Assembly (NCBI GenBank): GCA_036172245.1
Contig: JAYWIR010000030.1
Location: forward strand, 868,001 to 932,000
Direction: 5' to 3'
DNA from: Raillietiella orientalis
Taxonomy: Eukaryota
DNA: 64,000 nt
A program made the position numbers and the translations under genes. The notes under the pieces are model-generated. The model was not told the origin of the DNA and did no database searches. It saw only the letters and a program-made list of their open reading frames with translations. This document shows, piece by piece, positions 12,001 to 25,500 of this stretch; position 1 is the stretch's first letter; the number at the start of each line of letters is the position of its first letter.

Positions 12001-14420
12001 TATGCAGCGATCGCGCGACGAGTCCGTTTCCAGAGGGTGCTCGTGGAAGACTGCTGCGAGCCGTCGAAGATTCTTCGCGAACGGCACCGCGTCCTGGGTT
12101 CCCGCGAGGCGCAGCGGGTCAGGTCAGAACCAAACGGCTCCCCGAGGCGCACGCTCCGAGCTCCTCCCGCTTTCGACTTGGAGGTCCCATCTCCTGAATC
12201 CTCGTCACCCCTTTGCAAAGCAGCGCTGCGGGAAGGACCTTCGGCGCCAAAGGGACCAGCTTCCCTCCCCCTCCCACGCTCCTTCACTCTCGCTCCAGAG
12301 GATTCAGACGACGCCTCGGGGAGGATCTGCGAACTTCGTCCCCACCCGGCGCGTCCTGCCTGGTGAGATGGCAGGCGGGAGATCCCAGCCGGTCACGAAA
12401 ATGTGCAACGACCTGGTACGCTCTTTCATTTTCCCGAAGCAGTTCGCGAAGCGACTTGACCTTTCCTCATCCCGACATTCCCTCCTTCCCTCACCCCTAA
12501 CGGATAGGTGACACTCCCTTCTTTAGTTTCCTGCTGCGAAGGAAGTAATGAGACTGTCGCCCCTACCACGTCCACGGATAGAAGCTGCCAAGGAAACGGA
12601 GCGCAGACTGGCGAGTTCGAGGATCGCCTCGGCAGCAGAGAGGGAAAATGAAATGAAGAAAAAAAAAATAAAATAAACAAGTAGAAGGAGCTTTTTTTTT
12701 TTTTTCCTGCAGGGGGGATGGAGGGAGGGAGGGTTCGGGAAGGGATCTCCGTCTGCTTTGGGGCGTCTCCCGCATCCATCAAAGGATGCCGGCAAGTTCG
12801 GACAGAGTACTTCCCAGATGGCGCCATCTCGATGCCATCCTCAGAAGACTCCTCAAAATGGACGGCGTTCCTGCCGTTCTCGCCGCTCTTGCCGGTGTTC
12901 CAGGCAGCCCACCGCGTAGGCAGCGAATGGAGGATGCCTCTGCAAGCGCCCTTCCCAGCTCGCTGTCCGCCTCGGTCTGCCCTGCCCGTGCGGATGGCGC
13001 GCGCAAGAACGTGCGGTGCGGCCCGAACCGCCGTAGGAGGTCACCGGTGCAGGGACTCGCTCCTCAACGCACCATTCTCAACGAGGCTGGTCCAAATGCC
13101 CAACGATCGAAATCCCGAAAGCAGGGTTCATCCTTCTTTTGCGAGGAAGTTTCGTTTGCCGAGTGCTGGAAAAGACGGGAGGATGAAATGCGGAATTTCC
13201 TTCCCGTTTTTCTCATTGACTTGCCGTTCTGTTTTTATCACCCGCTTTACTTTTCTTCTAGTTTTTATTATTCGATATTTGTAATTTATTTACTAATTAT
13301 TAATTTATGAATATATCTTTTTCATATGTATAACAAAACATATGTGTTCATTATTTACAATCTCAATGATATATCTTCATCTATCTATTAATCTATCTAT
13401 CTATATATGTAAATATTGATACATATAATTGACAATAAATATCGATACAAGTACAAGAAACATAAGAGAAACACGTTGGTAATTGATAATAAATACTGAT
13501 TATAAATAATAAACATGTTATGAATCATATTACAATATGTATGTTGATAAATATCAGTACATATACATGTTAAAATAATATTACGATTAATAATATGCAT
13601 GTTAATAAATATTAATAAAGATGTATGTCAAAATAAATTTGTGCATTAATCTATATAACAATAATATTCATCCGTATTTACGTAGGTAGATATATATATA
13701 TAAATGTACGTATCTATGTAACGATATGTATGGTAGACACGTGCATTTATTTTCAAGATCTTTCTGGATTTTGATCGTTGGGGAGTTTGAGCCAAGTCCC
13801 ATTCCCGGTGGTCGCGTGCAGAATGGCGACTTCATCACCAAGAGGCACGGCCATCTGGTCGACCTCATCAAGGAAGTGACGCAGAAAAAATGCGAGCTGG
13901 AGGCTCCCAGTCAGTCCATCTCGGGAGGCTAACTAAAACTCCTCCCAGACCCGGTGCTCAGAGGCGGAAGTCGAGCCCTCTCACCCTCCATGTTGCCTCA
14001 GCAACGGCATTGGAGGAAGCGCGACGAAGAAAGGAGACCAATTGCAGGAAGCTGTCTCCTTTCGCCTCCAGAGGGAGTACTGGCTTCGGCAAGAGGACGT
14101 GCGGTGGGTTTCCTGGAAGCCAGGAACCAAGGAACGGCCAAGTAAGGGCTCGGAGAACTCGAGGTCACCTGAGAACAGACCTGAAGCATGGCGGGAAGAC
14201 AGGACGATGCGTGCCAGCATCCCGCATAGCCGCGGCATGTGACGGGGTCTCCTTCCGGGTCACCAGAATGGGATGAACTGCCAGAGGGCTTCCTACAGGA
14301 TGACCAGACGGTAAAGAATGTGGAGATCCCGCCAGAACCAGCTCCAGACTGGAGTCCCACTTCGGGTCGATCAACTGCGAGGTTGTTGACTAAAAGCAGA
14401 CCTCGACTTCCGGATTCCTC

Positions 14421-15232
14421 CCGGGATGCTGGGATCTGACAAACAACTGCGTGCTGAGAAAACCACAGATTCTGAAGAGACGGGTGGGGCACATCGGAAG
14501 ATGGGTGACGGCGTGCCAGAGCAACCAGAATCCCCGGGAGGACGCGCGTCGGTCGCCCCGTGTCGTGGCAGCACCTCTCAAGAATCGCTGCTCCAGACCT
14601 TCAGGTCGACCGACCTGCCATCCCGTGTGGATGCTTCCCCCGTTCAATTCGCAAAGTTCCCTGATCCCGCCTTCGCTGCTTCGTTTCCAGGTCTGGTTCC
14701 TAGACCTGGAAACCAGGATTCCCACGAGATGCTTCTTAAAGACTTCTTTTCTGCAGTGGGCACGAGGTGTGGTCTGCTTGAAGATGAGCCGCCGCCCTTT
14801 CCGGTTTCTCGAGATAGAATGGTAGTCAGCCACAGTGGCTGAGGACATGGATGAGGAATTGCATCGGGCGAAGCTGCCGCATCCCAGAATGCTGGGTCCA
14901 GCGTAACGGGCGCGAAACCTGCTTCACGCTTCCGTAGTGCGAAGTTCCTGAAGCGAGAGCTCCGCCCTTTTCGTCTCCTGGAGGAGAGAAATCGGGAGCA
15001 GCAAATTGAACGGGGGAAGCATCCACACGGGATGGCAGGTCGGTCGACCTGAAGGTCTGGAGCAGCGATTCTTGAGAGGTGCTGCCACGACATGGGGCGA
15101 CCGATTGCGCGTCCTCTCGGGATTCTGGTTGCTCTGGCACGCCGTCACCCATCTTCCGATGTGCCCCACCCGTCTCCTCAGAATCTGCGGTTTTCTCAGC
15201 ACGCAGTTGTTTGTCAGATCCCAGCATCCCGG
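14421..15232. repeat. Long inverted repeat: arms 14421-14652 and 15001-15232, 348-nt spacer
   Basis: ccgggatgctgggatctgac...cgttcaattcgc is the reverse complement of gcaaattgaacg...gtcagatcccagcatcccgg with only a few differences. The ORF track shows nearly the same peptide (MLGSDKQLRAEKT...PVQFA) on both strands. Confidence 0.95.
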
Positions 15233-18200
15233 TTCACCCTCACCAATGCAGACACTCCCGGTGGAGAGCAAAACTCACGCCTCCTGGCACCGCTGGTGGG
15301 TGCTCGTCAGGGCAGGAGACTACCAGCAGCCTTCGTTTCCCCTAGGGGTGCTCGGGTCAGCTATGAATCCGAGTTCTGCTTGCAGAGCTGGGGTCCGAGA
15401 AACGCCAAACCCCTTTTTCACCCCCCCCCTCCCCCCCCACGTTCCCGAGTAGCTCCTCTGGTCCGGTTTGCCGGCTCGCCATGCTTTCCGTCGATCGTGG
15501 CCTGGTTGCTGGTTCGGCGGTTGCGGGACGTGCCCCAGACATTCTTTCCGCATGGCGTACCACGCGCGATGTGACCGGCGCCGCCTGGGGCGATTCTCCT
15601 CGAGGGATCTCGTCGCGCCGCGTGGAATGAGCAGTCCACTCCATCCCTTCGTCTGCCGACTTTCCCTGCGAACTGGCTGGCATTCCGATCAGGAACGGCG
15701 TTCCCCGACGGGAAATCCAGAGGACCAGAGGAAAAGCCATTGGGGATGCTGGACCGCATGCAAGGTCGGGACCACTCCAGGAGATGCATCCGTGCCGGGT
15801 CCGGCTCCCAGCTTCCGTCCGGTAGGGAAGCAGGGGGGAGGGGTTCGTGGCCTGCAAGAAAGTTTTCAACTAGCAATAATCGCGCCTCCCTGGAAGAAAG
15901 ACTCCGGCTGCGGAAGGCGCAAAGCGCCGGGGAGCGGCGTTCCCTCTCCATGCATCCACCTCCCGAAGATGGCGACGGAAGGGAGCCGGGGGAATTCTTC
16001 CTGCGGACGAGACCCACCATTCCAGGAGTGCGCTCTCTTGTCTCCGTCCGGACCCCCGTAGGGGTTGGCCGTACCGAAAGAAGACTGCAACCGCTCGGCG
16101 CGCCAGGCCGGACCGGATTTCCGATCTCCTACGGCTCTGGAGGTCGCCGTGGAGACCGGACTCTGCGGTGGGGCGAGCCCTTGGCCAGTGGCTCCAGACG
16201 GTGCCCTACCCCGAGGCATGCCTCGAAAATTCCCGGAACTTCCAGATCGGCCCGTGAAGAGGCGAGCACCACGGTGCTGCCCGCTCTTTCGAGAGCCCCC
16301 CTGCCTGAGAGTTGTTGGTGGGGAGTCCTCTGAAAAGACAGAAGACCTCTCACCCTCCTCCCCATCCTTGTGGACCACAGGTGCTCAGCTGACAGTCAGC
16401 GTCTCGTCACGGACATCGACGGAAGGAATCGTCGAGGCTCCTCGTGGTCGTCCAGGACGACCTCGACATACATGAGATTCGCGGGGCGGGAGTTCTGGAA
16501 ACGAGGGAATCGTCCGGGAGCGGACAGCCAAGACCTGGAACTAGTGCCGACTGATGCGGAAGCGGGTGGAAGATTTCGGGAGCGGCGGCGTAGCCCCTTC
16601 ACAGACGAGAAGAGGGTCGGGAGACGCCAGAAAGGACTGGAGGCGCGCAGGGCCTCTTCTGGTTCGCTCCCAACTCTTCGAGGACGTCGTAGTCACTTCC
16701 GCGACCTCAGAATGCGCGGCCAATCGCGTGGATCGGCGCTTGGGTTCCCGAGAGGTGCAAGGGGACTACTTGAACACCTGGTGTCGGTGTCCGACGTGTG
16801 CACGCTGTTGTACGCACCTCTGTCCCGTCCCTCCAGTGCCCCGGAGGCGGCGCCTCGCAGGGATTTGGACCCGAGGGACGTGAGCTCCTCGCGCGACAGG
16901 GCGGGAAGAGTGGTGGCTTTGGGCAGCGGGCTGGGGGGGCTTCCGGCTGGAACTCGCTTCACGAGTGCGCATGCGCGAACGACGGAGGGACCACAGCTGG
17001 AACCCAGGCAGCCACCTGGCCGGGGAGCAGAGGGGGGGAACCAGGTCGTCGTGGACCACTTCTCTCAGACCATCCCCCTCCACGGAACGACCTGATCTAC
17101 TGCCTCAGAGATCGCCGATCCTGCGGCAGGCAGCATCCGAACAACCCCGCATTGTCAAGGAAGCAGCCGAGAGGCAAAGAGCTCCTTCCCCACTCTCCTT
17201 CGCCTTCTCGATCGCTCCCCTCCCTCCCTCGGGGACCGAACTTTCCGGGAAGGTCCCGCCGAACGCGTCGCTCCAGACCTTGACCGCCGCCTGGAATGAC
17301 ACTCTCAGGGTCTGCACGCACTCCAGAGAAGGTGCGACGCCCAGGCCGCGGATGCGGAACAGTACGGCTCCAGAGCCACCTCCGTCAGCAGAAGTCAACA
17401 GGTGCGCAACGTCCCCGATGGTGAAGACCTCGGAGAGCTTTTCGTACGGCGGCCGCCTCCGGGAACCATGCGGGGTTCGCCCACCCCCATGAAGGCGCAA
17501 TCTTCTTTCCCTAGTGGCGAGCGGACAGTCGGTGAAGGGGAGCGGTGATCCCACCCCGTCCTCCCGAGAGGACACGAAGAGCTTCGGGCAAACCTTCAGG
17601 GAGAACAGCTGGACGCTAGTCAACCAACCCATCCGGCTTTGGCGTCTCCATGCCGCGCAGCTTCCGCCCCCACCTCCGCCGGATCCTACAGGTCTCTCCT
17701 GCGCTCCCTTCCTCGGCCGCCCGCCGGAAGGCTGCCGTGGACGTCCACGAAAATCGGATCCGGTGCTGCTTCACGGGAAACGCGCCTTCTGGCGGCCATC
17801 CTTCCAGCACCTTCCAGAAGAGGCAGGGTCTTCCCTCCCCGCAAGCGGCCAACAATGCGCGCCTCTTCGCTCCAACGTTGCCGAAGAGGCACGCACCCTG
17901 CGCTTCTCAGGGTACCTTTGCCGGCGCCCCGAGCTGGGGTCCCGCGACGGCCAGTCCCGAGGCCTCTGTGCGGAGAGGGACCACCCTGGGAATGCCTCCT
18001 TCGCAATCGGCCACCCTTCGAGTCGGAAAGGTGAAGGTGGTCCCGGGAAGGACGGACACCTCTGAGGACCCCGACCTGGCGGCGAGAGAGCGTCTTCCTC
18101 CTCCTTCTCCTTCTCTTCACCCTCCTCCCCTCCCTCCCCTCGTCCCTGCCGAATGGCGAGAGAGGGGAACTGACGAAGATCTTAGGGGGCTCTCCATGTC

Positions 18201-18383
18201 GATAAGGACGCGCTGCTCGGGAAGACGTCCAGAGGGTGCGGAACACTGAGACGGAGGACCCGTTCGGAAACCCCCTTCCTCCTCTGAGGAGCTCGTTCCC
18301 AGAGGTCGACGGCTTTGGAGAGGGGGAACGGCACTGGTTCCTTCCGAAGAGTTGCCAGCGAAAGCCGAGGAAGAAGAGGAAGC

Positions 18384-18628
18384 ATGACGACAACATTGAT
18401 GCCGCCTGTGATGGTGGTAATGGTGACAATGGTGACATGGGGTGGTAATGGTAATGAGAATGATGACTACAACGACGGTTATGGTGACGGGGATGGTGAC
18501 AATGCTATTGCTGCTGATGGCGATGGTCACGGTTGTATTGGTGGTAGTCACGACTATGATAACGATCTTCTTGATGATGACGTATGAAGTCATCCTTGTT
18601 GATGGTGATTGTGATGGTGATGATGATG
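18384..18628. repeat. Degenerate (GAT/GGT/GAC)n simple repeat
   Basis: gatggtggtaatggtgacaatggtgac...gatggtgatgatgatg. Confidence 0.85.
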
Positions 18629-18699
18629 CAAAGGTCGAGTTTCGTGGGAATCAACCCACATGCCAGAGGACGCCAAAGAACTTCTCCATCTGCTGACAG

Positions 18700-19084
18700 A
18701 CGGAAAGGTCACAGCATGTCTGATAAGGAGACAGAATGGAATACGATTCGCAGGACGTCCTCCCCTCGGGGTAATGCAGATAACTCAAAGGTGCGACGAA
18801 CATCAATCGTTCCTTCTTCTGTCGTTTCCGTTTCAACGAAGGATAGCTTGTTCAACAAAGGAAAAGAGCATCAAGGAGACACACCAAAGCAGCAGCTGGT
18901 GTACGAGGTTGACCAACACCCTGTCGCTGAAGACGTGAAGGAGGAGCACTACACGTAAGAATACGCGACGACACCTCCGGAAGCCATGCTCTCCTCCTCC
19001 ACCTATGAAGGATTGATGAAGACAGGCCCTTTGCGGGCACAATCCCCGACTCTCCCCCCCCCCCCCCCGCGTAGGTCTGTTTAA
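18700..19084 (+). CDS. Candidate last two exons of an unidentified gene ending ...EEHYTSV*
   Basis: AG at 18698-99, open 255-nt exon 18700-18954, GTAAGA donor, poly-C tract with AG at 19073-74, then G TCT GTT TAA. No homology recognised. Confidence 0.3.
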
Positions 19085-21044
19085 TCGCCACCCTTGCGGT
19101 GCACGGGCTCGACCTTCCTAGTCCACGAATCGGTGTGTACAGTTGGCGCTGTCCTTTCCCTCGAAAGCCGACAAACCGGATTCGCATGAATTCCTCGGAA
19201 GGGTCTGTGATTCAATTCACTTTGCATCCTGGAACTGAGAACGAGAACCTGTTTCTGCAATCATTCAAGAACTCTTCAGCGCTGCCTATGGTTCCCTCGG
19301 ATTTGAAATGAGGAACTTGAGGAGGGGGAGCAAGGATTTAGGAAAACTCGACGGCGAAACTACGGGACCCCATCAGCAGTAGCCCCCGGGACTGCGGGAA
19401 AAAAATTCGACGAAAGGGTTGCTGGCGTTGTTTTAGCAGCTTCCTGCTCATATTAGGGTCAGTATGTTTTACTCAAAATAGGATCACCCAAAAACATCCT
19501 TCGAGTTATACTTCAAGTAATTACTTTCTCTTCGGAGTTCCTCTCGTGACATGCACTTTCACTTTCTTTTTGCTCTTGAGCAGATTAGAGATCAATTTAA
19601 TCTGGATTTCATAATTTTCTTCTGTTATGACTTACTTGTAAGGGATCTGATTTCACGTTTAAAGAAACACCAATCCAGAAAGCATTAGTTTTCATTCAAG
19701 ACTGGGATAACGACTTCTCAGGTTTCTTCGATGGTTCCCATGCCGATCGTTTCATTGTATCATTACCTCACCAAAAACTTAAATTTCCAATTTTTGGTAT
19801 CACAAGTTCTAAAAAGCTGAATGTTTGGCTGAGGGACCTTCTAGATTTTTTGCAGCTTAATGAGGAAAAGGAGAACTTGCTGAGTAGTTCCTTTTTCGAT
19901 GTTTTAGCAACATGCTTTCTTGATTGAAGATGTAATGGAAGCAACGGGATTACTTCTTTTTTGTGGTGTTTTTTTTTCCTCGGGAAAAAAGGAAAAAACA
20001 AAGAATTAAAGGTCTCTCAAATTGCACTCCTGTTTTCAACGTCGGAAACGGCTGTGTTTTTTCGCATTTTTTTCCTTTTTTTTTTGTGTGTGTGTGGGCA
20101 CCATGATTCTGCACCGAACCCGAACTGGAACCGCCATTTGAAAAAGCACCGTGCGGCGGATATCCGCTGCCCTGCTGAAACGAATTTCATGCCATATCAT
20201 TTGATTTAATAAGGGATTTTCTTCGCCTGACTCGTTGGCTTCGTTGGAGCTTCTGAGCAAAACTCAGATGATGGAGCACCGACGATTCCAAAGTCAATCC
20301 ATCCCCGACGTGTGTGCAAAGATCGCTTATGGTGTGAAAATATCACATGTGAAGGAAGCACCGCATCAGCTTCATGGTTTCATTTGTATGGGCCGATAGA
20401 CCAAAATAGGCTTCGTACGGGAAAAAAAAAATGAAAAAAAAAAAAAAAAAAAAAAAAAAGCATCAGCCATAATAAAAGTGCGATGTAATGGATCCGCTGG
20501 CTGTTGAGGCATTTTGGGTAAAGCGGCTGATTTAGGGACAGTACAGAGAGCGCACGGAACCATTTGACCTGGTAACGGACGATATGTAAGTTTCATGAGA
20601 TTTCGCTCGACTTTTAGCATTTCATGTGCAGCCAAGTGCAACGTTGACAATTAACCTCAATATCCTGGGCAGATTTTCATTACGATTAATTATTCACACC
20701 ATGCTCTACTTAAAACCATTAATCAAAAGCTCAAACCTAATCGCTGCACCGAAATTGGGTGGCCAAATTAATGACAGGACAGGGAGTTCAAGGGAACAGT
20801 TTCTACGACTTGTACAATTCCGTTGCCAGCAGCACATGTTTCATTATTTTTTTCTCTCTCAGGTGCCTGGTTTCAGGATTTTCTTCTTCCGATTTCATTC
20901 CTGAAATCAGATTGCTCATCAGATATATCATGGCGAGCTGCTGCTTGGTTGCATATTTTTTTGGAATGCATCCCACTCAGCGAGATGCAAGAGCATGGAT
21001 CCGGTCTTGGCTTTGCTTGAGTAGATGGCCCGTCGGTCTCTTCG

Positions 21045-21789
21045 TGCCCAACTTCAAGGAAGCTCTCACACGTGGCTGCTTTAAAGCAAGTGCCGGTCCA
21101 GAAATTCAAGTTTACAGATGAACGTGCACAAAAAAAAAAAAAAAAAAAAAACCTTTTCGGTACGTCAGCGCGATTTTGATATCGGTCTGTTACGAGGTGT
21201 TGTTGCCAGCGGCGACATGCTGAAAAAGAAGAAAGAGAAGAAAAGAAAAAGCATGGTGAGAATACTTGTATCAGCGACGAATCGATCTTTATTGCAATGG
21301 ATGCTGTGAATACTCATTTAAAACATCGGGTTCCTGGTGCTTGCATCGAATTATTGCATAAAAACCTGATAAAACTTGAATCACTCATCAAGTAATTTAC
21401 CGAAAAAGTTAGGATTTATAGATCCGCTGTGAAGTATATATGACGTGCTGTGTGGATCGGTAAATGTAATCTTTGAGAACTATTGCCTTTTTAAACTCGT
21501 TGTTCATCCGAAATGGACCACTGTAACGTGGTCAGGGATACTGCCACTGTAATAACAAGAAACTTGCTGTTGTCTTCATGATTAAGTTTTCATTTTAATA
21601 AGTACATTTGTGTTTACCTATGCGAGTGTGTGTTTTTTCTGCTGAATGTAAACAAAACGAATGGTATTCACGTAAATGCAATTTCTGTACTATGATGAAG
21701 TCTTATGGTGAAACAATGAAAGAGGCGCTCAGGAGATGACTGGAAATTTTGGCTATTGATGAAAATGGGGGCAGTAGATGAGCACGAAG

Positions 21790-21874
<85 letters not shown>

Positions 21875-22577
21875 GTATAAATGTATCACGGATGCATAAT
21901 TTTGACATCGGTGCATCCATTGAAAAATGAAACTCGAAAAGAAAAAAAAACACACACACACACAAATTGAATGGTGGGAATTTCGAATAAAGCTTGACGA
22001 AAAAAGTGATTGCCAAAATAAAAAACACATGTAGCTTCAAACCAGAAATAAACCTCTGTAAGGTACGGCGTGAGATGCCAGGAAAAGCAAATCCGTGTAT
22101 GCGTATTCGCTGGTTTAAACAAGAAATTCTCCTAGAATGGAAAAAATAAATAAAAAATAAAGGAAATTAAGATTTGGAAATGGCAGCGAATGCGCTCGGC
22201 CGGAAAGGGCGACAACAATGCTGAGAGGGAATCGGAAACCAACGCAGAGCGTGGGAGGTCATCTCGGATGTCCGAATGGATTTGGTTTTCCTGGCTCGAC
22301 TAAGCAGCCGGCCGGTCCCTTCCCTGCCCAATTTCAGGTAAGCTGTTACACGTTGCTGCTTTAAAGCAAGTGCCGGTCCAGAAATTCAAGTTTACAGATG
22401 AACGTGCACAAAAAAAAAAAAGTTTTCGGTACGGCAGTGCGATTTTGATATCGGTCTGTTACGAGGCGTTGTTGCCAATGGCGACACGCTGAAAAAGAAA
22501 AAAAAAAAAAAATGGAAAGAAAGGGGGATGCATGGCGAGAATGCTTGTGGCAGCATCGAATCGATCTTTATTGCAAT
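21045..22577 (+). repeat. Diverged direct repeat pair: 21045-21298 and 22325-22577
   Basis: Both copies share gctgctttaaagcaagtgccggtccagaaattcaagtttacagatgaacgtgcac(A)n...gattttgatatcggtctgttacgagg...gaatcgatctttattgcaat; offset ~1280 nt. Confidence 0.92.
21793..21862. repeat. (AT)n microsatellite, ~35 units
   Basis: Direct reading. Confidence 0.97.
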
Positions 22578-25500
22578 CAACCGCAGTGCAATAAATAGCA
22601 TTCACTGATGTCAGCTGCTTTCGTAATCCCATTAAACCGAAAAAATGCAAGGAGGAAAAATAAATTTGACAACGACATTGTGCTGCGGCTGCAGCCTGCA
22701 TTGGGCGCGGAGTTTTCCCTCCGTGGAATTCATTCTGCTGTGGTCAGGTGCGGAAGGCTCGTTCTTCGGATGGATGGCCGCGCGACTGCACTGCTCCTCC
22801 TCGAACCCCGTGCGTTTTTCTACCTTTAGGGCTTCCTTGTCCTGCGGAAAGGTGTCCGGCAGGGAGGAAAAAGGCCCGCCTGGGATGAGTCCAAACCTTT
22901 CCGGATAGATGCACTCCCCGGAAAGGGTGTGCATCCTTTGCCCCGCCCCAGCGGAACGAACTGAGCAGCGCAATAGGTGAATGCCCCATCCCCCCAATCC
23001 GTCCGAAAAAACGGGAAGGGATAAAGAGGAGGAGTAAGAAGGAAGGCGACTGTGCAATCCCAGCTGCGGAATGACGTCCGTCGTCGGCGCGATGGAGGCT
23101 TTCGGTCTTCATGGCACGCTTGAGGTCGCAGGCGCTTCGTGCGGCGAGCAGAGGACCGCAAGGTGGCACGCTCCTCGCTCTGAAAGTCCGCCGGCGAAGA
23201 GACATCCCCGGGGATTACGGAGGCCCTCTACGAGCAGCGCCGGGACAGACTGAGGAGCAGGCGCGCGAGCGAATGAGTACCCATAGGGTTTTCACCCGGT
23301 CACGCCGGGGTGTTTGTCTGAAAAGAAACAAACGAACGAAGGGAAAAAACAAACAACGGCAGGACATGACGCCCCACCGAGCCGAACAATCCTTTGGGGG
23401 GTGCCGACGAGGTCCTCAAACGGGACGGAGGAGACGAGGAAGAACGGAGTGAACAAGAACGACGGCTCCCATGGCTGGGGTAGGGGTAAGGTCTCCCGCA
23501 GCCCGTGCAGGATGCCAGTAAGCTCCTCCTGTTGGGTCCATCCCAACGCGATCCGCGGGAATCGGGTCGACCGAGTGGACGACGACCTCCTCGTCTTGAC
23601 GTCCTCTCTCTGCCGCGCACCTCGCAGAGAGGACGACCCGCAGGCAAGGGAGTGTTGCGATGACGACTGCCAGAGAGCGGCAGTGGGCTACGTCGCGGAG
23701 GACCGACCTCATGACACCCGTCCGCCTGACCAGCAGCTTCACGGGAGGTCGCGGAAGGCTTCGAGGCCCCTTGTAGCTCTGTTGCCGCGGGAGACGAGGA
23801 ATCCTTTGCTCTGCCCTCCATCCACACCACCAGTGCCTGCACCGTCGTCTCATCTCAGCCGCCATCTTTAGATGCTGTCTCCCTCGACACTCGCCGCGGT
23901 TGCCGTCCCCGGACGACGCCTCTTCCCGGATGCTGCCAGCTCTCCACCCGGATGGCCGTCATCCGCCTGAATTCTTGCCGTTCTTGAGCCTGCCTGGACT
24001 TTAGTTCCAGCGCTTCGGCTAGAGGGAGCGCGGCGCTGGAGCGGCGGGCTGAAGGCGGAGGCGCGCCGAAAGCTCCCCTGTGAGGACTCGCGGGACTGCG
24101 GAGTAGAGGCCCCACGGACCCACTTCTCTCCCCTGCTCTCCCTTTGCTCCTCTCCCTGACCGCGGAGAACGCTCCCGTCCCTCCCTTCGCCTCGGGAGGA
24201 GTGGGGTCTCGTCGCGTTCCTCGTTCTCGAAGCCCTTTAGCTAGAAACCACTCTCCCTCTTCCAGGAAGGGGGGAGGATGGCTGCATACGCGAAGTGAGC
24301 GGCGTCTTCCCCTCCACCGCCTCCGGGCACGCCTTGGTTTTCCGCCCCTCTTGTCTTCCTCAGACGCCCTTCCCGCCTTTCCCGAGAGCAGAAGTCACGC
24401 CTCCCTCACTCATGCCGACCCTCCAGAAAGCCCTCTGCAAGCTAGGAGGGTCCTCTGATCCCCAGCCGGACGACTTTAGTCGAGGGCGGACGCCCGCCAT
24501 CCGGCGAGGCAGGCGACGCATACAGTGGCATCTCTCGGAATTACGGCGCATCCAATGGGATGGGAACAGCGGGAAGGAGGGAACGGGCCTCCCGACGGGC
24601 TTCCGTGGCAAGGGACAGCAGCCTGGAGCAGTGGCCCGCGGCTGCCCGGAGGGACACTTCTGCGCACGCGGCCCGCAGGCGGAACCGACCGTCCCGCTCC
24701 ACCCGTCCCATCCCTTCGCATGCCGAGCGAGCCCTCCGGGGCTCTTGGAGATTGCCAGAGGCCGCGAGCGGGCCTTTGCAGTTCCTGCTTTCCCGAAGAT
24801 CGCCTCGGGGCTCGTGCGTCCTTTCCCCCCCCACACACACACACTCTGAAGAACGGAGGGAATGGCAAGGCACGCAACCTGCGGTGGCCCGTGCGACCGC
24901 CGCTCGGAAGTCTCCCGCCGTGCCACATTTGCACGTAAGGCGGCTTCCCTCCCTCCGGGTTTCCATGGCGAAAACACTCCCCTCCCCCTCCTCGAGCCCG
25001 ATCGGTATGGATACGCCTCCAGGCTGCGTAACCGAGCGCACGCAGCCTGGAGGGCGAGCCAGTCGGTAGGAGCTGAGAGCGCGCCCAGCCCACATCCAGG
25101 GAACCTCTGCGTCTTTCCCGAGTCCTCGGAGCGCTCCGGAGCTTTTCCCGCACGCAGAAGGGTCCTCCGCAAGCGGGGAGTCTGGGCGCAATCGCCGGCA
25201 CGCGAGGAGGAGGAACTCGCTGAAGACGGGCGGAAGGCAGGTATCCGTGGCGACGTGACGTTCTCCCCCCGACGAGTGTCACGCAGCCCTTGGGGACCTC
25301 CGCTTCGAGTGCACCATCAGCGGTCGTGTTCATGTCGCGCGAAGTGGGACTCATTCGCCCGTGAATCTGTTCTGCCGTGTGGTTGGAGGGTAGGTGGGCG
25401 CAACCCCAATTAAGCACCGGCATCGGCTAGAAGCACGGGGCGTCCGGCAGCAGCAAGAACGAACTTCTGCTACTTCTCCCCCCCTCCTCCTCTCCTGTCT

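Noticed and set aside
7884..12511. Many overlapping Arg/Gly/Pro-rich ORFs of 200-485 aa
   Set aside because: Open in several frames, cross poly-A runs and microsatellites, no recognisable motif.
18117..18696. Hydrophobic or Asp/Gly-rich ORFs
   Set aside because: Translation of a degenerate GAT/GGT repeat.
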